NCBI GenBank assembly: GCA_965198115.1
Contig: OZ240241.1
Coordinates: 1,504,001-1,568,000, forward strand
Length of the DNA: 64,000 bases
Reading direction: 5' to 3'
Source: Candidatus Latescibacterota bacterium
Lineage (GTDB): Bacteria; Latescibacterota; UBA2968
The position numbers were made by a program, and so were the translations under genes. Shown one piece after another: positions 54,320 through 64,000 of the stretch (position 1 is its first letter; every line of letters starts with the position of its first letter). Below the pieces are notes generated by a model, which worked only from the letters and a program-made list of their open reading frames with translations, was not told the DNA's origin and searched no databases.

Positions 54320-55282
54320 CTATCGAGATCGGGACAGGTGCACCGCCACGACGGATCGATCACCCAGGTCGAATGTTTCCTCTGTTCCTCCCACAATACC
54401 GAATCCCACCGCTTCGAACCGTGCCCGCTTTCGTTCATCCTCGATCGACACAGCCGCGTTCACGGCTCCGGCTCCGTGCGATTGCCCCCAGTCTATCGCC
54501 GCCTCTATCAAAGCTTCCCAAGAACCATCGAATCGGTGGTGTGTAAAACCATCAACCCGACACGCGCCCTTATCATTCAACCTCGCAGACGAAAGTCCCA
54601 CGACCCTGCCATCGCCCGTCCTGGCCGCGAACCACGCGCCGCATCCTTCCAGCGACCGCGTGAACCTCGGGTAGAGCCCCATGCACGAATGTTGGATGAC
54701 ATAGCGGCGACCAAAGAGACCCACGTTCGCGTCCAGCACCTGACTGTCGTGAGGCGTCCAGATGAGCGGGATCATCGGAATCCGCACATCTGGCGCCGCT
54801 GGACCGACGGTGACATCACCCTGGTGACGGAAGAAATCGACCAGGAACTCCTCCGGTGAATCCTCCCCCGTGATGTTGGTCATCACGTTCGCCCCGGCCA
54901 TCCTTCGCCACCCCAATCTGTCATAGATTCGCGCTGCCCCGGGATTCCCGGTCCCGAGGAAAAAGGCCTCTCCCCCTGCAGCCTGGAAGTCCTCGACCGC
55001 ACATCGACAAAGCTCTGACGCCAGCCCTCTTCCACGATACGCTGGATCGGTCGCCACCTCTGCGAACCCCGCCACAGCCGGTAGACCTTTGGAACGAACC
55101 GTCAGACACGTCGCGACGGGACGTCCCCCGTCCTCTTCAATATAAAGGATGGTATCGTGCCAATCCGTCTCTTCACCCAGGAAGAGCGTTCGGTCGAGAT
55201 CGCCGCCTTCCCCAAAAATCGACGCCCAGAATGGCATTAGCCGATCGACGAGATCTTCGGCAATGGGAATGTCGTATTTCAT
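54320..55282 (-). CDS. GNAT family N-acetyltransferase (tandem domain)
   Basis: VATDPAYRGRGLA, AARIYDRLGW. Confidence 0.8.
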   Translation of the reverse strand: MKYDIPIAEDLVDRLMPFWASIFGEGGDLDRTLFLGEETDWHDTILYIEEDGGRPVATCLTVRSKGLPAVAGFAEVATDPAYRGRGLASELCRCAVEDFQAAGGEAFFLGTGNPGAARIYDRLGWRRMAGANVMTNITGEDSPEEFLVDFFRHQGDVTVGPAAPDVRIPMIPLIWTPHDSQVLDANVGLFGRRYVIQHSCMGLYPRFTRSLEGCGAWFAARTGDGRVVGLSSARLNDKGACRVDGFTHHRFDGSWEALIEAAIDWGQSHGAGAVNAAVSIEDERKRARFEAVGFGIVGGTEETFDLGDRSVVAVHLSRSR

Positions 55283-55307
55283 CGATTCATTGTGCTACCG
55301 TCCACCG

Positions 55308-56537
55308 TCAAGAATTGCCAGGTAGAATCGGTTGAGTCCACGCCCTCTGGACATCGTCTGGGACCGTGGGGTTAGGGTGAGGAACGTCTGAAACAACCAC
55401 AGCTCTCACGTAGAGTTCGTCCCCACGGAACGTGTAGCCTACTTCGGTTCCAGACGCGACGTGCACGATTTTACCTATCTCCTCGGAATAGGTCCGGGTT
55501 GTCCGGATCTCCTGACCTGTCTGATCGAGAACAGGCTCGCCCGTCATTTCCACACCGCGTGGTGATCCGATGAATTTAGTCGTGTAGTGAACGCCTTCCA
55601 CCCCCACGATATTCAAACTCATCCCGTCTTCCCGAACATCAATCTCATCCAGTTCCACGCCAGAGCTACAATAGAACGCGCCACGGTTGACGGCCCCGAG
55701 TATGTGATCGGGTGTCAGCCACTCTGCATCGACGCATATCCACGCCCGTCCCGGCATAGCCGTATTCCCGAGCCGCCAGTGGTTTGTGTAGGCGTGGCAA
55801 TCGTCTGTCGCCAGACCGTAAATCAGCGGGCCCCCCGCACTCAGTCGTAGCGTCAGGGCGATGTCCCACATCCGCTCGACCGGGCAGTGCACGTCGTCGC
55901 CAAAAGTGTTGCAGCTGTTGAGCGCGGTGTAGATCTCCATGTGCCGCAGGTCCGGCACATTCGCGATGTCCTCCGCCGTCGCATTCCAACAGAAGTTAGG
56001 GTGGTTCAGATACACGAGCACTTCCGCTCCGGACGTTCGACTCACTTCACGCGCAACGCCCAACGTCGCCGACATCGCACCACGACTGGTATCGGGATCG
56101 TGCTGTGGACCCAGGGCTTCCGGCGTATTGAACACATTGATCCAGTGCTTCCGGTCTCTGTCTGGTATGTCGCCCCACGTCGTGCTCACTTCCTCACCCA
56201 TCATCATCAGAAAGCTGCCGAACTCTTCTACCAGATGCCGGTACTCCGACAGTGGCTTGACACGAACCTGTGGCTCTCCCTCATCCCGCGTTTCGACCCA
56301 CGGTCGTCCGTACCGATCGATGTACTTCTGCAACAGATCACCGTCGGACATCGTCCGGCCGGTGCTGGAAGATGACTCACAGCTCACCCATTTGATACCC
56401 GTCTGATGCTGGTCGTGCTCTGTGAAAGCGATGAAGTCGTATCCCGCACACTTGAACCAGTCCGCCACCATCTCGGGAAAGTCGTGGCCATCCGACCAAT
56501 AGGAGTGCATGTGCAGGTTACCGCGGTACCACGCCAT
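55308..56537 (-). CDS. PHP-domain metallohydrolase
   Basis: GNLHMHSYWSDG, FTEH, NHPNF, ATDDCH. Confidence 0.85.
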   Translation of the reverse strand: MAWYRGNLHMHSYWSDGHDFPEMVADWFKCAGYDFIAFTEHDQHQTGIKWVSCESSSSTGRTMSDGDLLQKYIDRYGRPWVETRDEGEPQVRVKPLSEYRHLVEEFGSFLMMMGEEVSTTWGDIPDRDRKHWINVFNTPEALGPQHDPDTSRGAMSATLGVAREVSRTSGAEVLVYLNHPNFCWNATAEDIANVPDLRHMEIYTALNSCNTFGDDVHCPVERMWDIALTLRLSAGGPLIYGLATDDCHAYTNHWRLGNTAMPGRAWICVDAEWLTPDHILGAVNRGAFYCSSGVELDEIDVREDGMSLNIVGVEGVHYTTKFIGSPRGVEMTGEPVLDQTGQEIRTTRTYSEEIGKIVHVASGTEVGYTFRGDELYVRAVVVSDVPHPNPTVPDDVQRAWTQPILPGNS

Positions 56538-56554
56538 TTCTCGGTTCTCGATCG

Positions 56555-57238
56555 TCAGAATGCGAAGCCCACGGCTTTCGTCAGGAACTTCATAAACGGT
56601 GTCGCCGAACGACAGGTCCTGGCGAAGGATTGCATGAAGTCCGTCGCGCAAAGTTCCCTGCGCGTCACGTCCGCCACACCGATGAAGTCTTTGCGTTTCA
56701 GATCATCGATCAAAGGGTGATCCGCATCGACACCGGCCGGGGGACGCTTCAGCGAGTCGCCTTGCAGTTCCCACGCCCTCCGAAAACGTGCTCCGGTCGC
56801 CCGATTCCACGCTTCAGGCTCGTCCAGAATAGCCTGACGGATCCGTTTCGCCGTCGCAGTGTCCGGATGCCAGATCCCCACACCGATGAACGACTCCTTA
56901 GGATCCAGATGAAGGTAGTAGCCGGGCGTGTGGGCATCCTTTGCCCGTTCGTGGCGAAAGTGAACGCCTGCATTGGTTTTGTAGGGAGATTTATCCTTCG
57001 AGAAACGCACATCCCTGAAGATTCTGAAGAGAGATCCGCCGACCTTTCGGGGATTCGCCTCGAAGTGCGGACTCAGCTTCTCGAGATGTTCCGAAAAGTC
57101 CTCGATAAACCCGAGCAATGGTTCCCGCAGGTCGTTCTCGAACCGGTCTTTGTTCTGCTCGAACCAATCTCGGTCGTTATTCTTGGCGAGGTCAGTCAGA
57201 AACCGGAAAAGCTTCGGTGTGATGTAGGGATTCGGCAC
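56555..57238 (-). CDS. DUF2461 (TIGR02453) family protein
   Basis: NNDRDWF..NK, FRIFRDVRFSKDKSPYK, GYYLH, LKRPP. Confidence 0.9.
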   Translation of the reverse strand: MPNPYITPKLFRFLTDLAKNNDRDWFEQNKDRFENDLREPLLGFIEDFSEHLEKLSPHFEANPRKVGGSLFRIFRDVRFSKDKSPYKTNAGVHFRHERAKDAHTPGYYLHLDPKESFIGVGIWHPDTATAKRIRQAILDEPEAWNRATGARFRRAWELQGDSLKRPPAGVDADHPLIDDLKRKDFIGVADVTRRELCATDFMQSFARTCRSATPFMKFLTKAVGFAF

Positions 57239-57267
57239 GAATGAAGTCTCCTTGGTGAACAGTTGGT

Positions 57268-58350
57268 TCAATCACGCCGTGCGTATAGCTTCGCGACCCG
57301 CTGGACGTCTTCGATCGGAATCGCCGTCAGCTCCGAACCATCGGGCCGTTGGGTCGTCTCGGCCTTGAGAAGCGCATTGATGATGGCCTCTTCCGTCGCC
57401 TCGATCGTCATCTTGAAGAGTGTCGACAGGTCACCGTCTGCGAAGAGACGATCGAACCCGCGACCCGGCGTCCCGTTGGCGTCGAAACGCGTCCCGTTCG
57501 AGAACGCAATGACGAAATCACCACTCCCGTGTTCCGCCTTTGCGCCCGTGCGCGCCAGACCGAACGTCGCCCGCCTGGCGATCCGCGTCAGCTGCCGGGC
57601 CGTGACGGGCGCATCCGTTCCGATCACCATCATGATCGACCCCGCACCGTCGTCCCCAGCCGCCTTCCGGACGTAGTCGGGCACGACTTCCTTTCCGAAC
57701 GGCACCTCATCGATCCGCAGCTCGGACGATTGTCCCGTATTCGTCAACACCATCGCGCCCACTGTGACTTCACCCTTTTCCGAGTCAGTCACACGCGAGG
57801 CCGTGCCGATTCCGCCTTTCCACCCGAATCCGTGCATCCCGGACCCGGCACCCACGCACCCTTCGTCGATGTTTTCGGTCGTGGCGCCATCGAGTGCTGC
57901 CCGCACGTGCTCCCGCTTCACGTGGCGACCGACGATGTCGTTCGTGTGGCCGTCATTGCACTCTCCCACAACGGGGTTGAACGTGCGCGCATCCGGGTTG
58001 CGGTCGACCATGTAGTCGATCACCGCGTCGGCCACAGACCAGACATTCAAGGTATTGGTCAACACGATCGGCGTCTCGATCGTACCCAGTTCCTCGATCT
58101 GGGGAAAGCCCGTCGACTTGCCGTGCCCGTTGATCACGTGGACGGCGCCGCAGACTTTATCCGTGTAGAGGTTGCCCCCGTGGGGTAGAATCGCCGTCAC
58201 ACCCGTGTGTATGGCGTTGTCTTCCGAATTCAGCGTTGTGTGACCCACGCGGACCTCGGGCACGTCCGTAATCGCATTCCGTCTGCCCGGGCGGAAGGAC
58301 CCGATCTCGATACCAATCTCTCTGGCCCTGCGTCGCTGAGTCTCAGGCAT
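57268..58350 (-). CDS. P1 family peptidase (DmpA-like L-aminopeptidase)
   Basis: NAITDV..V.VGH, PVVGECND, GWKGGIGTASR, GSIMMVIGTDAP, SGDF.IAFS. Confidence 0.92.
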   Translation of the reverse strand: MPETQRRRAREIGIEIGSFRPGRRNAITDVPEVRVGHTTLNSEDNAIHTGVTAILPHGGNLYTDKVCGAVHVINGHGKSTGFPQIEELGTIETPIVLTNTLNVWSVADAVIDYMVDRNPDARTFNPVVGECNDGHTNDIVGRHVKREHVRAALDGATTENIDEGCVGAGSGMHGFGWKGGIGTASRVTDSEKGEVTVGAMVLTNTGQSSELRIDEVPFGKEVVPDYVRKAAGDDGAGSIMMVIGTDAPVTARQLTRIARRATFGLARTGAKAEHGSGDFVIAFSNGTRFDANGTPGRGFDRLFADGDLSTLFKMTIEATEEAIINALLKAETTQRPDGSELTAIPIEDVQRVAKLYARRD

Positions 58351-59506
58351 CGATAAAGCCCTCGTTCTGTTCGTAGGCGATCGCCCCCCGACAGATCGTG
58401 GCCAGGACCTCCAGCGAGTCGTCCAACACCACGAAGTCGGCGTCAAGACCCTCGCGAATCTCGCCCTTCTGTTTCGACGCGCAGACGGTCCGCGCTGGCA
58501 CCGATGAGGCCATCTTCAACGCATCCTCGGCTGACACACCCGCAGCCACGACATTGCGAACTCCGCGATCCATCGTTAAGACGCTGCCGGCGTGTCTCTT
58601 CCGGTCCTCGCGATAGGCCACTTCCTCCGTCACCCACGCCTTCTGGCCCATCACGACGTATTCACCGGGCCCTTTTCCCGTCGCCTGCATCGCGTCGGTC
58701 GTGATACAGATCAGATGGTGTGGCTTTACCTTCACGATCAGCTCCAGCATGCGCGGCGTCAGATGGTGCCCGTCTGGAATGATCTCGGTCGTCAGCGTGT
58801 CACGCAGCAGCCCCATCTCCGCCACACCCAGATGTTTCCCTTCGGCTGTCCGCGTGTAGATCGACGACGCGTTGTAGAGATGGCTGACGAGAGTCGCACC
58901 CGCCTCGATCGCGGCGTCCACTTCCTCATCCGTCGCCATGGTATGCGCGATTGCTGAAACGACATTGCTTTCGGCAAAATACCGCGTCATCTCAAGTGCA
59001 CCGGACAACTCGGGCGCGCTCGCCACGACTTTCACCAACGAGCCGAATTTTTCTACCCAGCGTGAATACTCTTTGCGGTCGGGTTCCCGAATCCATTCCT
59101 CTCGATGTGCCACACGTTGTTCCGCATTGTAGTAGGGGCCTTCGAGGTAGGCCCCCAAAAACGCTGGACAGGCCGACGGCTGTTCGAACGCGGTCATTCG
59201 CTCCAGGGTTTCGACCCGCGCTGCAGCCGGCGCTGAATTGATCGCCCCGACCACGGCCGTCGTTCCGAAACGCGCGAACGTGTTCAGAATCGTCTCGATA
59301 CCCCCCTGCCCCGCCTCTTCGAACGTCTCTCCCCCACCACCATTGCAGTGAATGTCGATGAATCCAGACGCCAAAAGGGCATTACCCAGATCCCTCGCCT
59401 CCTCGGTAGAGCCCTCCCTCACACCAACGATCTTCTCCCCCGCCACCTCGACCACCGCCGGCCGGATCCCCTCGGGCAATGCCACCCGTCTGGACTTCAG
59501 TTTCAT
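58343..59506 (-). CDS. nagA: N-acetylglucosamine-6-phosphate deacetylase
   Basis: GFIDIH, LEGPY, APE, HLYNA, DGHH, TDAM, AGS.LTMD. Confidence 0.85.
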   Translation of the reverse strand: MKLKSRRVALPEGIRPAVVEVAGEKIVGVREGSTEEARDLGNALLASGFIDIHCNGGGGETFEEAGQGGIETILNTFARFGTTAVVGAINSAPAAARVETLERMTAFEQPSACPAFLGAYLEGPYYNAEQRVAHREEWIREPDRKEYSRWVEKFGSLVKVVASAPELSGALEMTRYFAESNVVSAIAHTMATDEEVDAAIEAGATLVSHLYNASSIYTRTAEGKHLGVAEMGLLRDTLTTEIIPDGHHLTPRMLELIVKVKPHHLICITTDAMQATGKGPGEYVVMGQKAWVTEEVAYREDRKRHAGSVLTMDRGVRNVVAAGVSAEDALKMASSVPARTVCASKQKGEIREGLDADFVVLDDSLEVLATICRGAIAYEQNEGFIDA

Positions 59507-59662
59507 AGGTCGTATCTGTTCGTGTTTCGTGTGTGTGCCTGCCTCGCACGAACGTGAGAAGTTCGTTTTTGGCCTTCCGTTCGTGTCTTTCGTGTATTTC
59601 GTGGTTCGCTTTTGGTTTTCAGTCTGTGTTTTCCGTGACTTCCGTGGTTATCTTGTCTTTCA

Positions 59663-60658
59663 ATGCCAGAGACGAGAACCATCACCAAGGACGACCTAGA
59701 AGCTCTCTGCGTCTCAATCCTCACGAGACGCGGCGTGACGGAAGGGGACGCTCAGACGACCGCACGCACGCAGGTCCACGCAGATCTGCGCGGTGTCCAC
59801 TCGCACGGGGCTCGTGGCATCGTTGGCTATGTCCAGCAACTCGAATCCGGGACGATTAACCCCACACCCGACATTCAGGTCATTGCCGAGGGAGCCGCCT
59901 TCGTGCACCTCGACGGCGACTGTGGACTCGGACAGGTCACATCCAATAACGCAATGACGTGGGCAATCGAGAAGGCTAAACAGAGCGGCATCGGCTTCGC
60001 CCTCGTCCGGAACAGCAACCACTATGGGGCCGCCGCCTACTACGCGATCAGGGCGGCGGAGGCCGACACGGTCGGGTTCAACTGTACGGGCGGACGAAGA
60101 CTGAGCGGGAATATGGCAGCGTTTGGCAGCATCGAGCCCGTCATCGGGAACTATCCCCTCGCCTACGGCATCCCGGCGGGCAATGAACGCCCCGTTGTGC
60201 TCGACATGGCGACCGGCGTCGTCGCCGCGGGCAAGGTCGGAATGGCGCTCGCGCGCGGGGAATCCATCCCTGAAGGATGGGCGCTCACCAGCGAGGGTCT
60301 GCCCACCACAGATCCTGCGGAAGCCAGCATCATCGTCCCGCTGGGCCCGAAGGGGTCGGGTCTCTCCATCGTGATGAACATGATCGGCGGGATTCTCGGA
60401 GGCGCGGGATTCCCCGACCGGGACCGCTTCGGCCACTTCTTCATCGCGATCGACGTCGCCGCATTCGGCGACTCCGAAGCTTTCAAGGCCGAGATCGATG
60501 AACGGATTGCATCGATCCGCGGGGCAAAGCCCGCTCCCGGGGTCGACCGAGTCTACTACCCTGGCGAGCCCGAGTGGCTCACCTACGAGTCCTACCTGAC
60601 CGACGGCATTCCGATGCTCGCTACCCACCTTGCCGACCTCGAAGCGCTCGTCGTGTGA
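59663..60658 (+). CDS. Ldh_2 family (malate/L-sulfolactate-type) oxidoreductase
   Basis: DLRGVHSHG, RNSNHYGAA, VLDMAT, GPKGSGL, YYPGE. Confidence 0.9.
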   Translation: MPETRTITKDDLEALCVSILTRRGVTEGDAQTTARTQVHADLRGVHSHGARGIVGYVQQLESGTINPTPDIQVIAEGAAFVHLDGDCGLGQVTSNNAMTWAIEKAKQSGIGFALVRNSNHYGAAAYYAIRAAEADTVGFNCTGGRRLSGNMAAFGSIEPVIGNYPLAYGIPAGNERPVVLDMATGVVAAGKVGMALARGESIPEGWALTSEGLPTTDPAEASIIVPLGPKGSGLSIVMNMIGGILGGAGFPDRDRFGHFFIAIDVAAFGDSEAFKAEIDERIASIRGAKPAPGVDRVYYPGEPEWLTYESYLTDGIPMLATHLADLEALVV

Positions 60659-61383
60659 AAAGGATTCTGATCCTCACAGCGACCGGGGGCGAGCAGGGCA
60701 CTTTGCGTGATGCCCTCGGGGGACTCGAGCACACCGTTCGGACCCATCGCAACCACTACCACGGCAAGACGTTCGGCCACGATGTCACACTCGTCGAGAC
60801 CAGTATCGGCGCAGTCAACACCGCCCAAGCCCTGTCGGCCGTGCTCGAGTCGCAAACCACCGACTACGTCATCCAGTGCGGCATCGCCGGAGCCTACCCA
60901 AGCACCGGATTGACCGTCGGGGACATCGCCGTCGCAGACGAGGAGATTTATGGCGACCTCGGCATCGCGCTGCCCGACCGCTACGCGCTTGCGGACGAAA
61001 TCGGTATCCCCGTCGTCGACGGCGATCCGCCTCGCTACAATCGAATGCCCCTCGACAAGGATCTGACCGAACGAGCTTTTGCCGCCGCCGGAACCTGTGC
61101 GGACGCCCTCGGATGCGCCGCCCATCGTGGTCTCTTCGTCACCGTACAGCAGTGCACCGGCTGCTCGGCCCTGGCCGGGGAGATGGAATCGCGCTTCGGA
61201 GGATTGTGTGAAAACATGGAAGGGGCCGCTGCCGCTCACGTCTGCGATCTCTACGGCCTGCCGTTCGTCGAGATTCGTGGCATCAGCAACATCGTCGAGG
61301 ATCGTGACCTGTCGAAGTGGGACATCCCCCTCGCTTCATCGCGCGCCCAATCCGTCGTCCTCGCCCTGATCGAAAATCTGTAA
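60655..61383 (+). CDS. mqnB: futalosine hydrolase
   Basis: G.VNTA, GIAGAY, EIYGDLG, ENMEGAAAAHVC, EIRGISN.V.DRD...W; next to mqnD. Confidence 0.9.
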   Translation: MKRILILTATGGEQGTLRDALGGLEHTVRTHRNHYHGKTFGHDVTLVETSIGAVNTAQALSAVLESQTTDYVIQCGIAGAYPSTGLTVGDIAVADEEIYGDLGIALPDRYALADEIGIPVVDGDPPRYNRMPLDKDLTERAFAAAGTCADALGCAAHRGLFVTVQQCTGCSALAGEMESRFGGLCENMEGAAAAHVCDLYGLPFVEIRGISNIVEDRDLSKWDIPLASSRAQSVVLALIENL

Positions 61384-61394
61384 CACCCACACGA

Positions 61395-61443
61395 TTTCCC
61401 AATTCCCTAACTCCCCAATTTCCCAATTTCCCAATTTCCCAAT
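61395..61443 (+). repeat. 8-bp tandem repeat (TTTCCCAA)n, ~6 degenerate units
   Basis: tttcccaa ttccctaa ctccccaa tttcccaa tttcccaa tttcccaa running into the mqnD ATG. Confidence 0.8.
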
Positions 61444-62266
61444 GTTAACCCTCGGCTACAGCCCCTGTCCCAACGACACCTTCATCTTCTACGGTCTCGT
61501 CCACGCCCGCATCGAAGGCGCTCCCGAATTCAAGGAGGTGCTCGAGGACATCGAAACCCTCAATCGTCTCGCCATGGATGCGAAGCTGGATATGACGAAG
61601 ATCTCGTTTCACGCATTCGCCCATATGCGAGAGACCTATTGCATGCTTCGATCTGGCGGCGCCTTGGGTCGTGGATGCGGTCCACTCGTTATCGCGCGTG
61701 AGGCCTTCGCCGCCGACGATCTGGCCGGCAAGCGAGTCGCAATCCCGGGCGAACTGACGACCGCCGCCCTGTTGCTTCGCCTCCATTCTCCCGGTTTGAC
61801 CGACCTCGCCGTCCTCCCTTTCCACGAAATCATGTCCGCAACACAAAGCGGCGACGTCGACGCCGGCGTCATCATCCACGAAAGTCGGTTCACCTATCCC
61901 GACTACGGCCTGCAAAAGATCGTCGATCTCGGCGAGTGGTGGGAATCCGCTACGGGTCATCCTATCCCGCTCGGCGGCATCCTGGTTCGGCGCGCGCTGG
62001 GCGAAGAGACCATCCGTCTGGTCGACGACGCACTCAAGGCCAGTGTCGAATACGCCTACGCGCATCCCGACGAAGTCAAACCCTACATCCGCGCGCACGC
62101 CCAGGAAATGGACGAGGCCGTGATGCAGCAGCACATCGACCTCTACGTCAACGAATACAGCGTAGATTACGGAGCTGACGGGGAAGCAGCGATCACGGAT
62201 CTGTTGGGAAGAGCTGAAGCGGAAGGGATTGTGCCCGGGTCGGAAGCGCCGGTTTTTCTGTCGTAA
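61442..62266 (+). CDS. mqnD: 1,4-dihydroxy-6-naphthoate synthase
   Basis: SPCPNDTFIF, GGALGRGCGP, IIHESRFTY, DLGEWWE, HIDLYVN. Confidence 0.95.
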   Translation: MLTLGYSPCPNDTFIFYGLVHARIEGAPEFKEVLEDIETLNRLAMDAKLDMTKISFHAFAHMRETYCMLRSGGALGRGCGPLVIAREAFAADDLAGKRVAIPGELTTAALLLRLHSPGLTDLAVLPFHEIMSATQSGDVDAGVIIHESRFTYPDYGLQKIVDLGEWWESATGHPIPLGGILVRRALGEETIRLVDDALKASVEYAYAHPDEVKPYIRAHAQEMDEAVMQQHIDLYVNEYSVDYGADGEAAITDLLGRAEAEGIVPGSEAPVFLS

Positions 62267-62294
62267 CCCAGCTTCAGTGACCGTTGACCATTGC

Positions 62295-62762
62295 CTACGG
62301 GCGACTCTTCTTCGCATACGACTCGATCTGATCGTTCGCCCCTTCGATCCGATCGCACAGAATACCCACCATATTCTCCAGGATCTTGATCCGCAGCGAC
62401 TCGCTGGACTTCATCAGGCGGTCGAGATCGTCTCGCTGGATTTTGAACCCTGCCGACTTTTCCAGAGCGACCACCGTAGCCGCGCGATGGCGCCCGGTCA
62501 GGGCACCCATCTCCCCCGTCGTCCCACCCGGATGGATATCTCCGAGCACGTCACCCGACTCGTTGATCGCCCGCAGTTTTCCCTGGAGCAGGATAAACAT
62601 TCCGTCGCTCGTGTCGCCTTTCTTGTAGACCATCTCGTTGGGTCGATAGCCTGCGGGCTGACATAGCTTCAGAATCTGTCCCGCCTCACCGATCGTCAGA
62701 TACCGGAATGCGCCGACCTGATCGATGATCGACTTGATGCGCTCAGCCTGATCTCTCTCCAC
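62295..62762 (-). CDS. cyclic nucleotide-binding domain protein
   Basis: KGD.SDGMFILLQG, GEMGAL...R.ATV.A. Confidence 0.85.
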   Translation of the reverse strand: MERDQAERIKSIIDQVGAFRYLTIGEAGQILKLCQPAGYRPNEMVYKKGDTSDGMFILLQGKLRAINESGDVLGDIHPGGTTGEMGALTGRHRAATVVALEKSAGFKIQRDDLDRLMKSSESLRIKILENMVGILCDRIEGANDQIESYAKKSRP

Positions 62763-62842
62763 ATGGCCCCCTGGAGACCCAAACTGTAGGACACCCCAAT
62801 ACAGCAATAGGGCACGCTCGCGATTGGGTCACGAAACGTCCG

Positions 62843-63208
62843 TCAATGGTGAGGATGCCTGTGCCCTTCGTGATCGTGGTCGTGCTCCCTCGCCACGACA
62901 TCCAGCTTGCTTTCCAACTCGGATTCAGACAGCAGCCCCTTCTCCATCGCAACAGCTTCAAGCGCCCTCAGCCACTGCTCGTAGTACTCCGCCGGATCGT
63001 CCGATCTCTCGCCCTCTGCGATGACTTCAGACAGTCGCGCGCTGAAATCCACCCACGGATACGCACCGCCCTCGTTCAGCGCAACTGCCAACCCGAACGC
63101 GCGGGCCTGCCAGGGTGCATCGAACTGTAACTCCCCGTTCTTTCGTGGGGCTGCGATCGCGTCGTCAATGTTCGAAACGTTGCGATCGATGACCTTGCGC
63201 TTACTCAT
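62843..63208 (-). CDS. nitrile hydratase accessory protein (P14K/NhhG-like)
   Basis: PRKNGELQFDAPWQARAF, YYEQWL.ALE, His-rich tail. Confidence 0.92.
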   Translation of the reverse strand: MSKRKVIDRNVSNIDDAIAAPRKNGELQFDAPWQARAFGLAVALNEGGAYPWVDFSARLSEVIAEGERSDDPAEYYEQWLRALEAVAMEKGLLSESELESKLDVVAREHDHDHEGHRHPHH

Positions 63209-63223
63209 CTCACGACCTGATGA

Positions 63224-63811
63224 TCAAAACCTGGTCACGCCAATCATCGAATCCCGCGTGATGAGGTCCACCAACGCCGATTCATCGAGCCCATCCGTTC
63301 CCTCGGGTCGCTCGGGAAGAACCATATACCGAATGTCCGAGTTGCTGTCCCAGACGCGAACCTCCACAGCCTCGGGCAATTCGAGACCGAACTCCCTGAG
63401 AACGGCACGCGGCTCCCTCACAGCGCGTGACCGATATGAATAGGACTTGTACCACGTCGGCGGAAGCCCGAGGACCGCCCACGGATAGCACGAACACAGC
63501 GTACAGACCACGACGTTGTGGACCTCCGATGTATTCTCGACGACGACCAGCTCGGCGCCCTGGCGTTCGATGAAACCCATCTCTGCGATCGCTGATCGCC
63601 CATCTTCAAGCAGCCGTTGCTTGAAATCCGGATCGGTCCAGGCCTTGGCGACCACCTGTGCGCCACGCAGCGGGCCAATGTCTTCTTCGTAGTCCTTCAC
63701 GACCTTGTCGATCGCTTCGGACGACACCAGTCCTTTCTCGACCAGGAGTGCCTCCAACGCCTTCGTCCTCAGGGCAGCGTCTGCGTTCACGTTTGCTTCA
63801 CTCATTGCCAT
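63224..63811 (-). CDS. nthA: cobalt-type nitrile hydratase alpha subunit
   Basis: [10 protein letters not shown] metal motif (Thr = Co type), PPTWYK...YRSR, VWDS. Confidence 0.95.
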   Translation of the reverse strand: MAMSEANVNADAALRTKALEALLVEKGLVSSEAIDKVVKDYEEDIGPLRGAQVVAKAWTDPDFKQRLLEDGRSAIAEMGFIERQGAELVVVENTSEVHNVVVCTLCSCYPWAVLGLPPTWYKSYSYRSRAVREPRAVLREFGLELPEAVEVRVWDSNSDIRYMVLPERPEGTDGLDESALVDLITRDSMIGVTRF

Positions 63812-64000
63812 TCCCCCGCGTATCGAGAATCGAATATTGAAGACGGTGCGTCGCTTCTCAATACTCGATCCTCCATTCTCGATCCTCGATCAATATTCAA
63901 TGTTCCATTCCAAATGTTCAATCATCATGCAGAATCCCATCGATTTCCGCCCGCAGATCATCGATGTGATACCTCACCACGACATCCGTCGTGCGCTCGG

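Overview
GC-rich (~60%) bacterial chromosomal window. It is rich in Gfo/Idh/MocA oxidoreductases, PhyH dioxygenases and sugar-phosphate isomerases, carries futalosine-pathway genes, and looks like an uncultured-lineage MAG (inference). About a fifth of it is insertion sequence: 4 near-identical ISL3 copies, 2 IS1380 (one cut by the window edge and itself interrupted by ISL3), 2 IS200-type, 2 IS256, an IS91-type remnant beside a tRNA-Asp 3' fragment, and an 821-bp transposase-less TG...CA element. These insertions disrupt at least six host genes. Host content includes glgP, a B12-binding radical SAM protein, a Mo-hydroxylase pair, glnK-amtB, cysC, a surface-polysaccharide cluster that decays into gene fragments, yajQ, nagA, mqnB-mqnD, and a Co-type nitrile hydratase alpha subunit with its accessory protein. 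The most unusual object is the 821-bp element (35534-36354). It has 28-bp IRs and a 7-bp TSD, and its cargo resembles a phage cos/packaging region plus the N-terminus of a small terminase. Several frameshifts at homopolymers probably reflect long-read errors.
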